DNA of 64,000 nt from NCBI GenBank assembly GCA_051294905.1, contig CM119372.1, forward strand, positions 17,672,001 through 17,736,000, written 5' to 3'. This document shows positions 49,971 through 63,523 of this stretch, in pieces (position 1 is the first letter of the stretch; each line of letters starts with the position of its first letter). The position numbers were made by a program, and so were the translations under genes. This DNA is from Botryllus schlosseri. Lineage: Eukaryota. The notes under the pieces are model-generated. The model was given only the letters and a program-made list of their open reading frames with translations. It did not search any database and was not told where the DNA came from.

Positions 49971-50677
49971 ATCCCATCGATCAAATATTGATACTGCCGA
50001 ACGTTAGTAGCTGGGCGACATCACTTTTATTTTAAAATCCTGGACTGCCTATATATGTTTTTCTTTCTTGATTGCCGACTATGCCGAGTCATCATGATAA
50101 CCATTCGACAGCACTCATGCATGACGTGCGCACTCTCGTGAGTGTGCTACACATTGTGTAGCCTAGCAGTCATTCACTCCAACCCACGTCCCAGGCGTTG
50201 TGTTTTATTTCAAATGGGGTAGTACGGTTTTGACTTCGCTTAAAGTAGCAGCCTACCAACAGAGCTACTACACGGTAGCTTATAATTAGATGCTCTGTAG
50301 TCGTTTTAGGACAAGTTCATATCAATTCCAATTATATACGTATATCGCATACATCTAAATTGATATATATATCATTGACCAACATCAAGGTACATAGATA
50401 GGATAGCTAGCATTGACTGCGTGTAAGGCAGTAAAGGCACCAGCAAGCAATGATCATTGAGATACGGAAAATGAATTTTAAGCTTGATGGCTTGTAGATT
50501 TCGCGTCGATGTGGTATATGAATTGCATCCTGAGGGAAATTTATATTCTTCAAATCAATCTCATATTATTGTCCTAAAAACGTGTCAGATCCCTTTAGAT
50601 TTTATGAATTTGATTTTTTCAGACTGCAAGGTCAGTAGTATACCGTTATTTTAGTAGTTTGACATAAAATACTAGCC

Positions 50678-53600
50678 ATGAGTAAAAAATTAACGTTAGG
50701 ATATTGGAACGTTCGGGCGGTAAGTATACGGAGATAACTTGTAGAGAGCGATGGGAAAGCAATGTCCTATTTTATCCGTTGAAGCTTGCCGACCCGATCA
50801 GATTCGCGTTGGAATATGCAGAAGCCGATTACGAAGAGAAGCGGTATGAAATGGGTCCAGGTAAGCGATACATTGTACAAACGAATATGTAGCCTATACA
50901 TTGCCGGCCTGTTATCTTAAAGGGGCACTGCGCTCTAAAAATGATGTGGTCTCAAATTGAAGGTAAAAACGAACAAAAATTTTTGGCCGCAGCCATTTCC
51001 TTCAGAACGCCACCGTAATGGAGCTGGAATTTATTGAAATTTCTACAAGACCAGCTGCCGCGGCTGCTTAACCCGTTACATGGCACGATGTCTTCATCGT
51101 CGCACTTGCTCGACGCGATAAGGCAGTCACGCAGAGAACGAAACTTAGACACATTTACTTCATAACATCGGCTGACAACTATCTAAAATTCGCTCTCTGC
51201 GTGACTGCCTGATCGCGTCGAGCAAGTGCGACGGTGAAGACATCGTGCCATGTAACGGGTTAAGCAGTCGCGGCAGCTGGTCTTGTAGAAATTTCAATAA
51301 ATTCCAGCTCCATTACGGTGGCGTTCTGAAGGAAATGGCTGCGGCCAAAAATTTTTGTTCGTTTTTACCTTCAATTTGAGACCACATCATTTTTAGAGCG
51401 CAGGGCCCCTTTAATATCAATAATCCACAGGCTAATGACACGCAAATCGAAATGAATAAGACATATATAATAATATAGACAGTTAGACACGTTATATATT
51501 TCTGCTATCGCTTCTTCTGTCCTTTGTATTGTCAAGTTTACAGCATTATTGATTTAATCGCGGCGCTGAAAGCTATTGAGAAATTGCGTAGCGCCGTTAT
51601 AATAGTTTACTGGCGAATGAAATTGTCCAAATATTGAATCTTCTTGGTTGATTCATTACCAAAATCGTAGGTCCCGGTTACGTTCAAATGTTGGAGAGTG
51701 TGCGATGAAAAGAAATGTAAATATTTATACTTTCCCGCTCCATGAGTATATAGGGCCTACTTATCTCCCGCCCCGGATTCGTGATTCAGCAAATTATATT
51801 TCGCTGTTAAATTCATGCATAACTGAATAATTTTTCAATATAAGGGCCTTGTATTAATCCTTCCATCGAAGGCTTCGAAGTGCACTCGACTCCGCTAAAT
51901 CCACACACTTTGGTTCGGCTTTTGGCCGAATTAAGCGGAGAAACAGCTTTGTCCGAATTGTTTGTTTCGTGGTCATACGTAATGTAACATAAATCATTAA
52001 AACACTGCATTGTTGCTTGACAAATGCGTCGCATCTGCGCTATACTGCTGTAATTGGCACTTATCGCATAAAACGGACGAGAGTTATTAGACGCATTGTG
52101 CAATAATTCGATACCAAGCGATTCCACAAAAAAGAGTACTGCGATTCTTCAAATACAGTAGTAAGCTATCCACTTTATTTCGCAGTTTGCTTTGTAAGTG
52201 ATTTCACTTTTACTGTTAAACTTCCCTGTGTCATTCTGTTCTACAAGACGAACACAATGTCACCGAAGTTAAAGCGACAATGTAGCTGGCTTATACGGTA
52301 TGAGTTAATTGTCGATTGATACTACATGTATCGTCATTGTTTGACCATAGACACTAGAGGTGTCCGAATTCAGCGGATTCGATTGTGTACGGTTTGACGC
52401 ACGCACATATATAAGTTATGCACTTTACTTTATGTAGCCCGAGCGCCGATAATCTAGGATGTGAAATAGAGATTATGACTCCCGACGTTAACTATGATTC
52501 CAGCACCAGACTTCGATCGCTCACAGTGGACAGAAGAAAAATTTTCACTGGGTTTGGATTTTCCTAACGTATGTTAAAAACTTGACCATACAATATAAAT
52601 GACTTTGATAATTCCTTCAAATGCGTGTCTCAACTCCATTTCAGCTGCCATACATTTTGGATGGAGACTTGAAAATGACTGAATCCACCGCTTGTCTGAA
52701 GTATGTCTGTAGAAAGTATGGGCTGATGCCGAAATCCGACAAGGTCATGGCAAGAGCTGAAAATGTGGAAGGTGAGTGGACGTTTCATGGGTTTTCACTA
52801 TTTTTCTTGTATGCAATCATGACTCTTTCTTTTCGATTCCCGACCAACTTCCTATGATTCTTATGGATTCCATCATATGACACTAATACCATTTCAGATA
52901 ATAATGAACTTTTCGTATATAGCTACCTTAAGAAATGAAACGGTAACTAACCACTGAACCACTGATTTGTTACAGCAATTCTCGATGATTTGAGAAGATC
53001 ATTTTTCGGACAAATTTTCGTGCCGTAAGTGGTGAAAGTTTTCTCTCGACTGGCCTCTGGCCCGTGATAGTTTTTGATTCGCGTGTTTTATCGGCATGGA
53101 TTGATTGTGACCTTCGTGGTCAGTACTTTGACTTACGCCTCGTGCTTTTGTGCATAATTTGGGGCGGACGCACGCGCGCATTTCGGCTTACTTCTCGACA
53201 TGCCGCTACGTATTGACGTATTGTATGGACGGTTGGATTTAAAACAAACGGTGTTTTAAAACACTTTGTTTAAAACATGTTGTAAACAGTGTTTTAAACA
53301 AATGCCTTTTTTAAAAAAAGTTTTTTTTTAACGTTATTTAATTATGCCGTAATTGTGTAATTACGTCCGAAAAAACATGTAGTATGAGCCTACGGACGAT
53401 TCGCACCCAAAATAGTCGACGTATACCATGTGGGGTGGATGGAATCCTCAAAATCGTCGTCGGTTCAACAATTTTTGCACGTAGATATAGATCATTGGTA
53501 CGGAATGGGTGTTCTGATGATGATGACCGTCGACCGTAAAAATGCTGCATAACGATTTAGTCCTGGTTAAACATACTTTTGGTCGGTTTATGACAGTGAT

Positions 53601-54419
53601 CGGAAGCCCTTTTTTCGACGGAGCCACATTTCAATTGTCAATGTCAATCCAATGTGACGTCAGAGTTAAATATTCGTGACGTCATGCCTTAAAAAAACAA
53701 TAAAATACATGTTTTAAACAAGGGCCTTGTTTTAAACATGTTTGTTTTAAATTGATTTTTTTCAAATGCAACCCTAACTGTGTCAATAAAGAGCCAGGTC
53801 GTGAAAATATCGACCTTGTGGCCTTCCTTGCATTGCATTGTGATATTTCCTCTGAAGACTATATTCGTTGATGACAGACAAAATCAAGAAGCGTACAGTC
53901 ATAGTACTGGCAATATAAACGTCAAAATTCAGGTAATACACGCGAAGCGGGAAGCTTAAAATCTTATTCACAGTGTTGACAAATATGAGGAGACGAAAAA
54001 AGCATTTAAAGAGAATAAATACCCCGACTTTATGAAGAAGATCGTTGCGTTCATGGGGGGAAATAAATGGCTTGTCTCAAACGAGGTGATTTGATATTGC
54101 TGGCTATATTTTTCGTAAATGACCTACTGTTATTATGAGTTACAGATATCGTACGTCGATTTCGCGTTTCACACTCTGTTGGATTATGCGGAATGCCTCA
54201 ATCCTGGTTGCACCAAAGAGTTCCCTAGACTTGTGCAGTACGTCGAGGACTTCAAGGTTTCGTTCAATCATATCCGCAATGTCACGCGAACGCCCTTATA
54301 GAGAGCGTATTTTTTTTCAGGCACTGCCGGCCATCAAGCGTTACATGTTGTCCGACAGATTCAGCACATACCCCATCACTGCTCCAATTGCGAGATGGGG
54401 TTACAAAAAAGAATGCTGA
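50678..54419 (+). CDS. GSTM: Mu-class glutathione S-transferase, copy 3 (intact)
   Basis: Exons 50678-50719, 50785-50860, 52504-52568, 52645-52771, 52976-53024, 53974-54085, 54146-54256 and 54321-54419. They give MSKKLTLGYWNVRA-LADPIRFALEY...[34 protein letters not shown] (mu loop)...ALPAIKRYMLSDRFSTYPITAPIARWG. Confidence 0.96.
50921..51410. mobile_element. TTAA-specific (Kolobok-like) foldback MITE in GST copy 3 intron 2
   Basis: TTAA at 50917-50920 and 51411-51414; near-perfect inverted arms of ~215 bp; AG...CT termini. Confidence 0.9.
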
Positions 54420-55578
54420 TCTTCAAGTATAGTTCTGGAAAAGAAAAGTACAATTCTTTGTGCGTATCAGCCAAACGATTAAATTCCGGACACGAGTTTA
54501 GTCTATTTTCTTCGCACATCTAATATGCAAGATCATAGTAGGTATTAGCGGACGGTGTTGTGTGATAGACAGCAAAACATGACAATCGGGGTGGTGTGAA
54601 CGTGAAGTTCACGTTCGCGTTTTGAGTGTGAACGTCAGAAATGTAAAGGTTCGTGTTCACTCTAATTAATATCAATGTAGCAATAGTCAGTTAATAGAAG
54701 CAGTCAATTATCGGGAGCAAATATAGAAATCCGTACACTCTGATCAATATAAATGTGTATAGCAATATAGTCACACGCCGAATACGTTGCCCGGTCTAGC
54801 CTAGACCGCTAAGACATAAGCTTATATTTCCTTGCAAGTCGTCGTCGACATTTTCGGCTCATCGACGGAAGATAATTATTTTATGGGATTATTATACCAT
54901 TTGGTTTTTCCAGTTGATACATTTGATGATGTTTAAAAAGTCAGCGTATACTCAAGCATTGTGGCAAAATGTGACCTGAGTCGGCGCTATCGGTACAAAT
55001 ACAAATCCGCATTTTTCAAAAAAGTCAGTTGAAGTCATTTTTACAAAGTGACTCGAGTCAAGTCAAGTCAACTGAAAAAGTTGACTCGAGTAGTCCAACA
55101 CTGTTACATTCTCCATGTAGCTTGAATACACCGAATTCGCAGTGTCGTTTTTGCATCTGCTAATAACTATTTCTGGTCCATTTCCCAGAACACTCTGAGC
55201 TAAAGGTGCGCAGTTTTTGCCTTCTCGGAATTTGTTTTCAATGTTCCAATGGTTACTAATATGAAAACGCAACACTGTTGTCAGATGGTCATATTGTGGC
55301 CCATGAAAATGTCATTCTCAGTCTTGAGGGAATATTTACATCAGGGTTCCCCAACCTTCCCACTCACGACCCATGTGAGAAGCCGGCGACTGTGTGCGCC
55401 GTAATAGTAATCGTGCAATTATACGAACCCGCAAACCTTCGTCTGGCGTCTATCAAGACTAGCAACGTATAGGTCTTTTGCAATGATTTATATCTATATC
55501 CACTCGAAGTAGTCAACTAGGGGTACGTGAAATTCGCGACATGTGAAATGCGTGTTTGTTTGTATGTATACTGTTAAC

Positions 55579-56786
55579 CAGGGCCGTAACAGCACTTCGT
55601 CAGCCCCCCCCAAAACTTTGGTCTTGGGCCCCCCATAGGGTTATAGACCGAACTTCTGGGGGGCTTCGCCCCCCAGACCCCCCCTCCGGCGATACACTGT
55701 TTACCGCTATTCATCTTTAACTTTGGGACTTTGTTTAGTGAATCAGTTTTTGTCGCCTAAGCGCGCGGAGCGCGGAAAATTTATGATTTCATCAGTCAGT
55801 ATGATCGGGAATTGCGTATTTGTTATCAATTTTTATCTTCTCTCTGCTCACGTAATCAGATTTGCCGGTAGAGCTGAGTGAGGTGTGTTTGAAAAGGTAG
55901 GACCACTCAATAATAATTAAACAGCACCTCGTCAGGCACCCATCACGTTGTTCGCGTTTGTCACGAAATTATCTGTACTGTATTGTGAGCCGAGCGATAG
56001 CGAGGCGCGAAAATTTTCGATAACTTATGATAAAATCGGTCAATCAGATCGGTGATTGCATATATATTATGCTATCAATTTATTGTCCTCTCTACTCACT
56101 TAATCAGATTTACCGGTTGAGCTGAGTGAAGTGTCTTGAAAACGGGAGGGCCCGTAAATATTGATTAAACATCTTCGGGCGGGCGGACCCGTTGATATGA
56201 CTTCGTTATGGTGTTACTTCGTGACTTCCAGTCTGCTATATCAAAAAATATAGAATCGCCAAAACGTAGGCTTCTAAACTAAGAGACGCACACGATTTCA
56301 AATTGGTATTTCTTCACTGGCATAAAATTTTCCCCAGCGGGATGGTAATTGTCTCGTGAGGTTCAGATTGCAAAGACAGGAACATTCGGCGCCAGTCATT
56401 CAGGAGCCTATGGACAATTAAACCTATATGTATTTTGTGTAGCCTATATAACGAAGTTTTCGGTCTGCATAAGGGCATAGACCTTTTCGGCCAAGCTTTT
56501 CTCGCTACCGACCGTTCTGGCACACTTCTTGGAGTCGCATGTTATATGGCCTAAAACTTGATTGTATGTCTCGGTGGGCCGTGGCGCGGTAATGGCCCAA
56601 TATCCAATAATATAGAAAAATGGCTGCTTGAATTCGCGCGCAGCGCGAAAAAATTTTGAAAAATTTGCATCAATTTTCAGAAAATACGCTGTGATTTATG
56701 CTAATTCACGAAATAATTTTGGGCCCCCTTCGAGCTCGGCCCCCCCCCCCAATTGGGGGGTTTGGGGTGCGGCAGTTACGGTGCTG
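55579..56786. mobile_element. hAT-type non-autonomous element (cagggccgtaac family)
   Basis: TSD ctgttaac on both sides. Internal modules are shared with ~5740-6940 and ~45550-46420. Confidence 0.85.
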
Positions 56787-57439
56787 CTGTTAACACATAT
56801 AGAACTACCGGCAACTTGTATTTTTCCTGAAAGGAAATTCCCGTCCTATTGATTTCTGGGCACCCGACTCTTCAATCTTCATAGCAGTGGCCAGACACCA
56901 ACCATTCTTTGTAGTAGCTGGCGCTATAATATGACACTTCGACTGATCTGATTGATACCTTGTATGGCGGGTTCACATTCCTCAGTTAGATAATGCAAGC
57001 CTTTTTGTATTTACTCACAATTACTTCCCGGACCAGATGAAATCGTCTGGCAGGCCGAATGCGACCCACGGGCCGTATGTTTGACACCCCAGCTCTACAA
57101 TGTTCTATTAATGCTACTCAAGATGTAGTAATTGCCCTTCCGACGTGAAATATTCAATTAGCATTCTAATATACTAACTGGTAATTATCAACATGGACGC
57201 TGCTGATACAGATATATATATTTCATCCATTATAGACTGTGAAATGGACATGACGAAAGAAAGAAATTTGGCATCGTTAATGCTATTGTTATATAAATTG
57301 GTTGAAATTTCAAATTGGACTTGGTCCACTGCTATACTGATCGAAATCGAGCCAACTTTTTTGTGCGACGTTTACATGGCCAACAAAACGATTTGATACA
57401 TGTCAGTCAAAGTTCATTAAATTACAATTTGGTTATTAT

Positions 57440-58221
57440 TAGGGCAAGTTTTTGCAGCTTTTTTTTACAGCATCCTACAGCTCCCTAGATACTTGGATTC
57501 TATGTACCATGGTCTTTTAAGCTGTTTGGAGGGATTTTATAGTGCAACTTTTTGCAACTTTTCTCTATTTTTCAAATCAATTTTTACCGCAACCTTTATC
57601 AAAAATTGCGTCGAAATGTGAAGGAGTGATTTAAAAACTTGCTATAAACTATTTCTATGGTTTATTCTCTTTGATTTGCATAACGAAGAGTTATATGATG
57701 AGGTAGCTGCATCTCACTGTGTTATCTATGACACAATGGCTTGCAAGCAAAAAGTTCAACTATACCCCGCCAAGCACGAGCGTGTTCGAACAATATGTAA
57801 ATAGATCGCTTTATTGACGCTCTCGTATAAATTTGAGGTATTTTTCCATTTCACGAACGCCCAGGCGGGACCACCGAAAATTAAATTTTCGCTGGGTCAC
57901 CTTATTCTGGCTATAGATTTTGGGGAGGGGGTTATAGCCATGCTGTTTGGCTTTTTTGGAGAAGTTATTCCCGCGTTGCGTAATTTTCTCTCTATATGCC
58001 GGTAAAATTGTAATTTTGGCGGTTTCGCCAGACCGTGCGTTAAATGGCAATAAAGTAACAAATTTGACAGCTCTGTAGGAACTAGGCTGTACAACGGAAC
58101 CTTTCGAGTATCTCATACCCTAAAAATTCAACAAAAATTGTAAATGCAACTTTTTACAGCAACTTTTGTTAAAAATAAATGCAGCTTTCTCGCGATTTTA
58201 GTGCAACAAAAACTTGCCCTA
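57440..58221. mobile_element. hAT-type MITE (tagggcaagttttt family)
   Basis: TIR tagggcaagtttttg / caaaaacttgcccta; TSD gttattat. Confidence 0.9.
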
Positions 58222-58493
58222 GTTATTATTTATGATCCTCATCAAGTGAGAGTATGAATCGCATTTGGTCGTTGCTCCATACGTGGTTTACCCAGCAGAA
58301 GCCGGGCAGGAAGCAGGGCGTGAAAAATGTGAAAGGGCGTGATGCTACACCCGAGAGAAATAATAATGCATCTTGGAAACTCGGAATTAGTTTGATTTGT
58401 GTTGGAACTTCGAAGTCTTAAACAACGTCACACCCTAATTTATTCGGTTTTAATTCGTGATCATTACGTCGAACCATCCATATATATTACCAT

Positions 58494-58756
58494 GGGCGCA
58501 GAACCTGTTTAGAGGTTATACTGCAACACCAATGGATTGCGGGTTCAGTCCAGCCGAGGTCGACTCCCGAATTCCTACCTAAGTATTCGAGGTTCATCTA
58601 GGCTCCTCCTCGCCACGTAATCCGCGTAAGCGGTGTGTTAAAAAGCCTAGAAGTGGGCCGTACTACAAGTCGGTAAATACGGAATCATAATAAGGAATAT
58701 CGGCCTGGGGTAAAATGACCAATGTAGTCGAAGCACCATGAATACCAAGCAACAAC
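58494..58756 (+). mobile_element. tRNA-derived SINE (family A), diverged
   Basis: The body aligns with 16979-17504 once the MITE is removed (ctgcaacaccaatgg.ttgcgggttc...aaaagcctagaagt.ggccgt...atatcggcctgg). Confidence 0.8.
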
Positions 58757-59894
58757 GATACATATCCTGTGATTATTGTGGGTATGCGTCATACTATATA
58801 ATTAAGTCATCAGCGTAATCTTGTCGGCCGATAAAACGGTGAGAAAAAATGATCGTAAAACGTAGGCTACTGACGAGAGGCTGAAAACGCGACCTCGTTA
58901 GAGACGTCGATTTCGGCATTCGCGCCACGAAACATCATCTCCTATCACGATTTTACGACCAAATGAACTTTCCTTTTCTAGATTAAATAGTATTTTCCTC
59001 GATAAGCGCCGTAAGCCGCATTCAGAATAATTTGATAAGTATTTTTAGTCGGAGCGTGTAATTGGACAATATATTATTGTGGCTGCCCGCGAATTGGAAT
59101 TTATTCCGGCCAACAATCGTTACTCCAATAATTCTTTGTCAACGTAAATCGGGAAATGCAGCAATGCAGCCAAAATCGCTGTTTCAATCAGAAAACAATT
59201 GTCGCGATGCGATAAGAATCCCATTGTGATGGCGTAAGAGTGAATTACTGATTGGCTGCGCGCTTTCTCGAAGTAATCATCATTCCCGTCTGCTTAACAC
59301 ATTATAATCCAGAAATGACGCGTTATTTGTCAGTGCGTAATCACGATGAGAACGTGGGGTTCACGTTCGCGTTCGGTGTGTGCACCTCGGAAACTTGGAG
59401 GTTTACATTCGCAAACGAACCTTTACACTGCAAAGCGTTCCTAGAAATACCAAGTTATTTCAAAATCTTCGGTTGAAATTGGTGAAATTATTTCCATATC
59501 AGCTTCGGATCACCCTCTGCATGGCACTGGTCGCATGTAAAGAAATTCGGCACTAAATTAAGAAGCACCTTGACACGCTCCAAAATTGTAGCTGCTGTGA
59601 TATAAAAGTTTGACTGAAATATTCAGTTTTTCCGTTGGTGAATATTTAGGACACTCTACACCAGGGGTGTCAAACTCAATTGGGGTTGCGGGCCGGCTTC
59701 AAACCTCCTGATCGCTCGCGGGCCGGCTTCAAACCTCCTGATCGCTCGCGGACCGGATCCAGCACTCATATGATATCAAAATGTTACCTCTCTACCCGTA
59801 CCCACGTTTTTCACTTAAATACTTTATTATCAAAGCCTATATATGTATTGGAAGGGATATCCCCTTTGGGCCCCCTCTTGGCTACGCCAATGGA

Positions 59895-60402
59895 TTGTAG
59901 AAAAGAACTTTAAAACCGTTTTGAGAAACATCCGAATCAAAAGCGCACAAGTACAACATACGCGCGTCCACGTCGTCCAAATATCATATGATCGACCGAA
60001 AAGATCATCGCTCCATCAAATATGCCGGACCTGATGTGTGGAACAGTATCCCGCCGGACATCCGACAGTCGACGAGCATGTCCACATTCAAGTCGAAATA
60101 CAAGCAATTACTACTAAATAAATACAGTCCATCCTCAAGATTACCGGACCACGACTGACCTATCGATCTCGCTTCCCATGACATGCCGCCCTATTTCTTG
60201 TCGCATTCTTCTTCTATACTATCTTCTTTACTTTCATTCAGTGTGCATGCATCCTCTTTACATCGCCTAGGCCAAGGTGGGTGTCAGATTCCATAGACTA
60301 CTCCTTGTCGCTTCGACATCTTCCTGTCTTTTCATTGTATCGCATTTTTGTGGTGTATTGAACTGATAAAATTGCTAATAAACCAATGATGATGATGATG
60401 AT
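59895..60402 (+). mobile_element. 3' end of a CR1/L2-group LINE
   Basis: Reads IKYAGPDVWNSIPPDIRQSTSMSTFKSKYKQLLLNKY, then a 3' UTR, AATAAA and a (GAT)n tail. Confidence 0.8.
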
Positions 60403-61898
60403 CCGCACTTTTCTGTTTGAAAATATTTGATCCGCACAAACCATAATCGAAAATCATTACACAAAATAAAAATGAATGACCAGCAAGTCGGCTACCGGCT
60501 TGTCAATGCCTCGGTTGCTGCTGAATATTTCTGGCAATTGCAGACTATTTCATCAAAACTTCTTGCCTCAAAGCTCCCCGCATTAGGCCATCAAGTGCAC
60601 AACCCCTTTTTCTCGTTTTGATGTAAATTAGCATAACAAAGCCCTTTTAGGCGAAATAAGTAGTGAGGTGTTGTACAGGAGCTTCTAAGGCTTTGGATAT
60701 CCAAGTCATTATACCGGCTTTCGAACCAGACTTTTGATTGCGTCATAATGATAATCCAAAAATTTTATTCATTCTAGCTGGTGAGAGATAAAATTATTGT
60801 AAAAGCTACGATTACCGCTGCGTGGTAAGTACAACAAGTTTTTACAAATGTTAGGGAGACAATGTACTTAATATCCTGTCAAGCTTATTTGAACTATTCC
60901 ACGTTATAAAAAGTAAAAATGTGCACAATTTCCACTCATCCGCACCACGTTTGTCATCCGCACGGACCGCACTGCATTTTTTTTGTCCATCCGCACAAGC
61001 GCGTACTATCCCACAGGTTGAAAAGCACTTCTGTAGAATATTGAGGCTCCTATGTGATATTTGTTTGATTCACACGTACAGTAGTGACAGTGGCGCTTTC
61101 GAACCACGCGCTCTTACACTATTAATACCTGTCGTATCCACTCGTCAATGTCTTCATCATTTGGACTGACTTCTTCGGGCTTTTTATATCATTACATATA
61201 GTATGTGCAAATGCAGTGCATACGCACTTAGGTCAGCGATGAGGAGTCGAGATATACCTCCGACGGACATACAATAGGCAGTAGAGCGCTTCAGGGACAC
61301 TTCTGTTGGTGTCTCTTATAGTTGTATAAGTAATCTTACGTGGGGAGTTACGCTTGTCGCCGCACGACGATATATCGTCGCCGTAAATGCTTTTTTGTGG
61401 CGATGTGCGCGGCATTCGAAAATCGAAATCCACGTTCGCCTCACTTTAAATCAACCACTTCCATATCTCCATTATACACATACATTCTTGATTGGGGGTC
61501 GGACACTTCAACAGCACTATATTGTAATGCTGCGGCCCACGGCGTCTCTACCAAGTCATGATATTGGCCGGCGATCACTCTTTTTAGTCGTTGACCCCTG
61601 CTCTATAGTTGGAACAAATCTAGTTACCTTCATGAGTTTCCTTATTCACTTTCTTGGTTGCCAAGTCATCATTATAACCAACCAGGCATCAGCAGTTATG
61701 CATGATGGATGATTAAGCGCATAGGCTTAGCATTCATTCACTCCAACCAGAACCCTCGTGTTGTAATCTATTTCAATCTAATTGTTGTAAGCTAGGGAGC
61801 GTCCAATTTCAGAAGCTATTGAAGTTATTTTCTCAAAGTCTAGTTGACGATGTCTGATGCTTTTTCGCATACACCTGCGATTTCGTCACGTCGTATAG

Positions 61899-63490
61899 CA
61901 GGGGTCGGCAACCTTTTGCTAGTCACGGGCCAAATTCCGAGTGCACAACTTTTTGGCGGGCCGGAATTTTTTTTAACACTATATTTGACGCTAACGTTGG
62001 TATAGTACCCTACATTGATGCAATCTCAATCATACAAATCACAAAAAGGGCAAAACACATGTATTTACACTTTAACAACGCAGGATAAATGTGACACTTG
62101 GCTCAGCTTGCTTTGTGAAAGGTTTTCAACTTCTAGTAACAAGTCAGATGAAGCAAGAATCAGACGATATTCTAAATGTGCGTTGGGATACGTGATCTTA
62201 GCTTGTTCTTCGCAAATTTCATTGTCGAAAACTATTGTTCAGATGCGTACGCGCTACCAAAAGTCGATGCCATTTCTTTTGCATTGTTGGTCAAGCTGGG
62301 ATAAAGATCCATTTCAATAACGGACTCTTTGTCAAAGTCGTGCAGCGATATGCTCATTCTATGAAATTTGTCATTCAATTCAACTGCATCGCATTTCAAA
62401 AGGGCCCATTTAAAATTTTCAGGCAATGCTATTGGCGTTCACATTAAACGGAGTACTGAGCAATAGTCAGAATTTATTTTGTACTGAACGAATGTCGTAA
62501 AGGCGGGTGGCGATTCAGTAATTAAATTTCCTATCACAGTTACAAATGTATAGTGCTGGTACTAGGTTTACTCTCCTCCAGTATAGGAAAGTGAGCATAA
62601 TTTTCTTTTTACTGTTGTGATTCCCAGAGTCGCAGTTCTGTTTCAAATGCGCCTCAACATCTCATGTATTCAGTTATTTCCCCATGAAGTTGCAAATTCA
62701 ATTTGTTTAGATGTGTCGTTTTACTACGAAAGCAAGATTAGATACCCATTTCGATGACAAGATTATGAGTCGGCGATGTTTGTATTTTCAAGAAAAGTTG
62801 CTAATTCGTTACTCGGTCCATACACTCGTGCAAACATAGCTGCTCGACTTAATGCGCGAACATGGCAGATATACAGGACATTACCATATTGATTATCTGC
62901 TTCTAGTAATATATGGGGTAGGCTGTCTGTCTGTCGGTGATTAAGTTTGTGACACCAAAATCAGCTTTCGCCACTGTGTCCAAAACACTATTCAGGTTTG
63001 TTGTCTTGGCGTACAATGTCCTATGGTGAATTAAACTGCAGATGCGGACGCTAGTTATCTATAATGAAACGGAAAGTTTGAGATTTTGACATTGCGTTTT
63101 TGAAGCAGACGAACGGCACCTTTATTGTCGCACACTATCAGAGTGGCAAACCCTTAAAAATATGGTATGCCTTTGGTTGCACGATACACCCGCTTAATAA
63201 GCACTGGTCTAGTCTACTCTACAGATATTCTCTATCTCCTACTTTTACTATGATATAGGCTACTAGTCAACCGCCTTCGCACCAGCTTTGACGTAACAAT
63301 AGACTAATACGACGTAGGATACTTATCGCAGCAATGCCGCATTCTTTCCAAGCAGTGCTGCATTGCAGATTGGAACTCATTACGAAACGGCGGGCCGTAT
63401 TCTTGTGGTAACTAATTACTTGGTCGCGGGCCGGACGATTTCGCTTGGCGGGCCGGATCCGGCCCGCGGGCCGTAGGTTGCCGACCCTTG
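61899..63490 (-). mobile_element. Internally deleted hAT (Buster/Charlie-like) transposon with transposase remnant
   Basis: TIR caggggtcggcaacc / ggttgccgacccttg; TSD tcgtatag. The minus strand reads LKCD..LNDKF...LYPSLTNNAKEMASTFGSAYASEQ*FSTMKFAKNKLRSR (hAT dimerisation domain). Confidence 0.88.
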
Positions 63491-63523
63491 TCGTATAGTA
63501 TTGACTTTGAAAAGAGTAATAGC

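Noticed and set aside
54414..54419. Selenocysteine readthrough at the terminal TGC TGA of GST copies 2 and 3
   Set aside because: The stop falls at the normal mu-class length, downstream sequence is not conserved between the copies, and no SECIS was recognised.
39182..54419. GST copies 2 and 3 as uncollapsed haplotypes of one gene
   Set aside because: Their introns are strongly diverged with different insertions, their flanks differ, and there are many amino-acid differences outside exon 4. This fits tandem paralogs better, although read depth was not checked.
59688..59755. Tandem 30-bp repeat gcgggccggcttcaaacctcctgatcgctc
   Set aside because: It has about two units and lies in the subterminal region of a caggggtgtcaaac-type MITE end, which is ordinary slippage.
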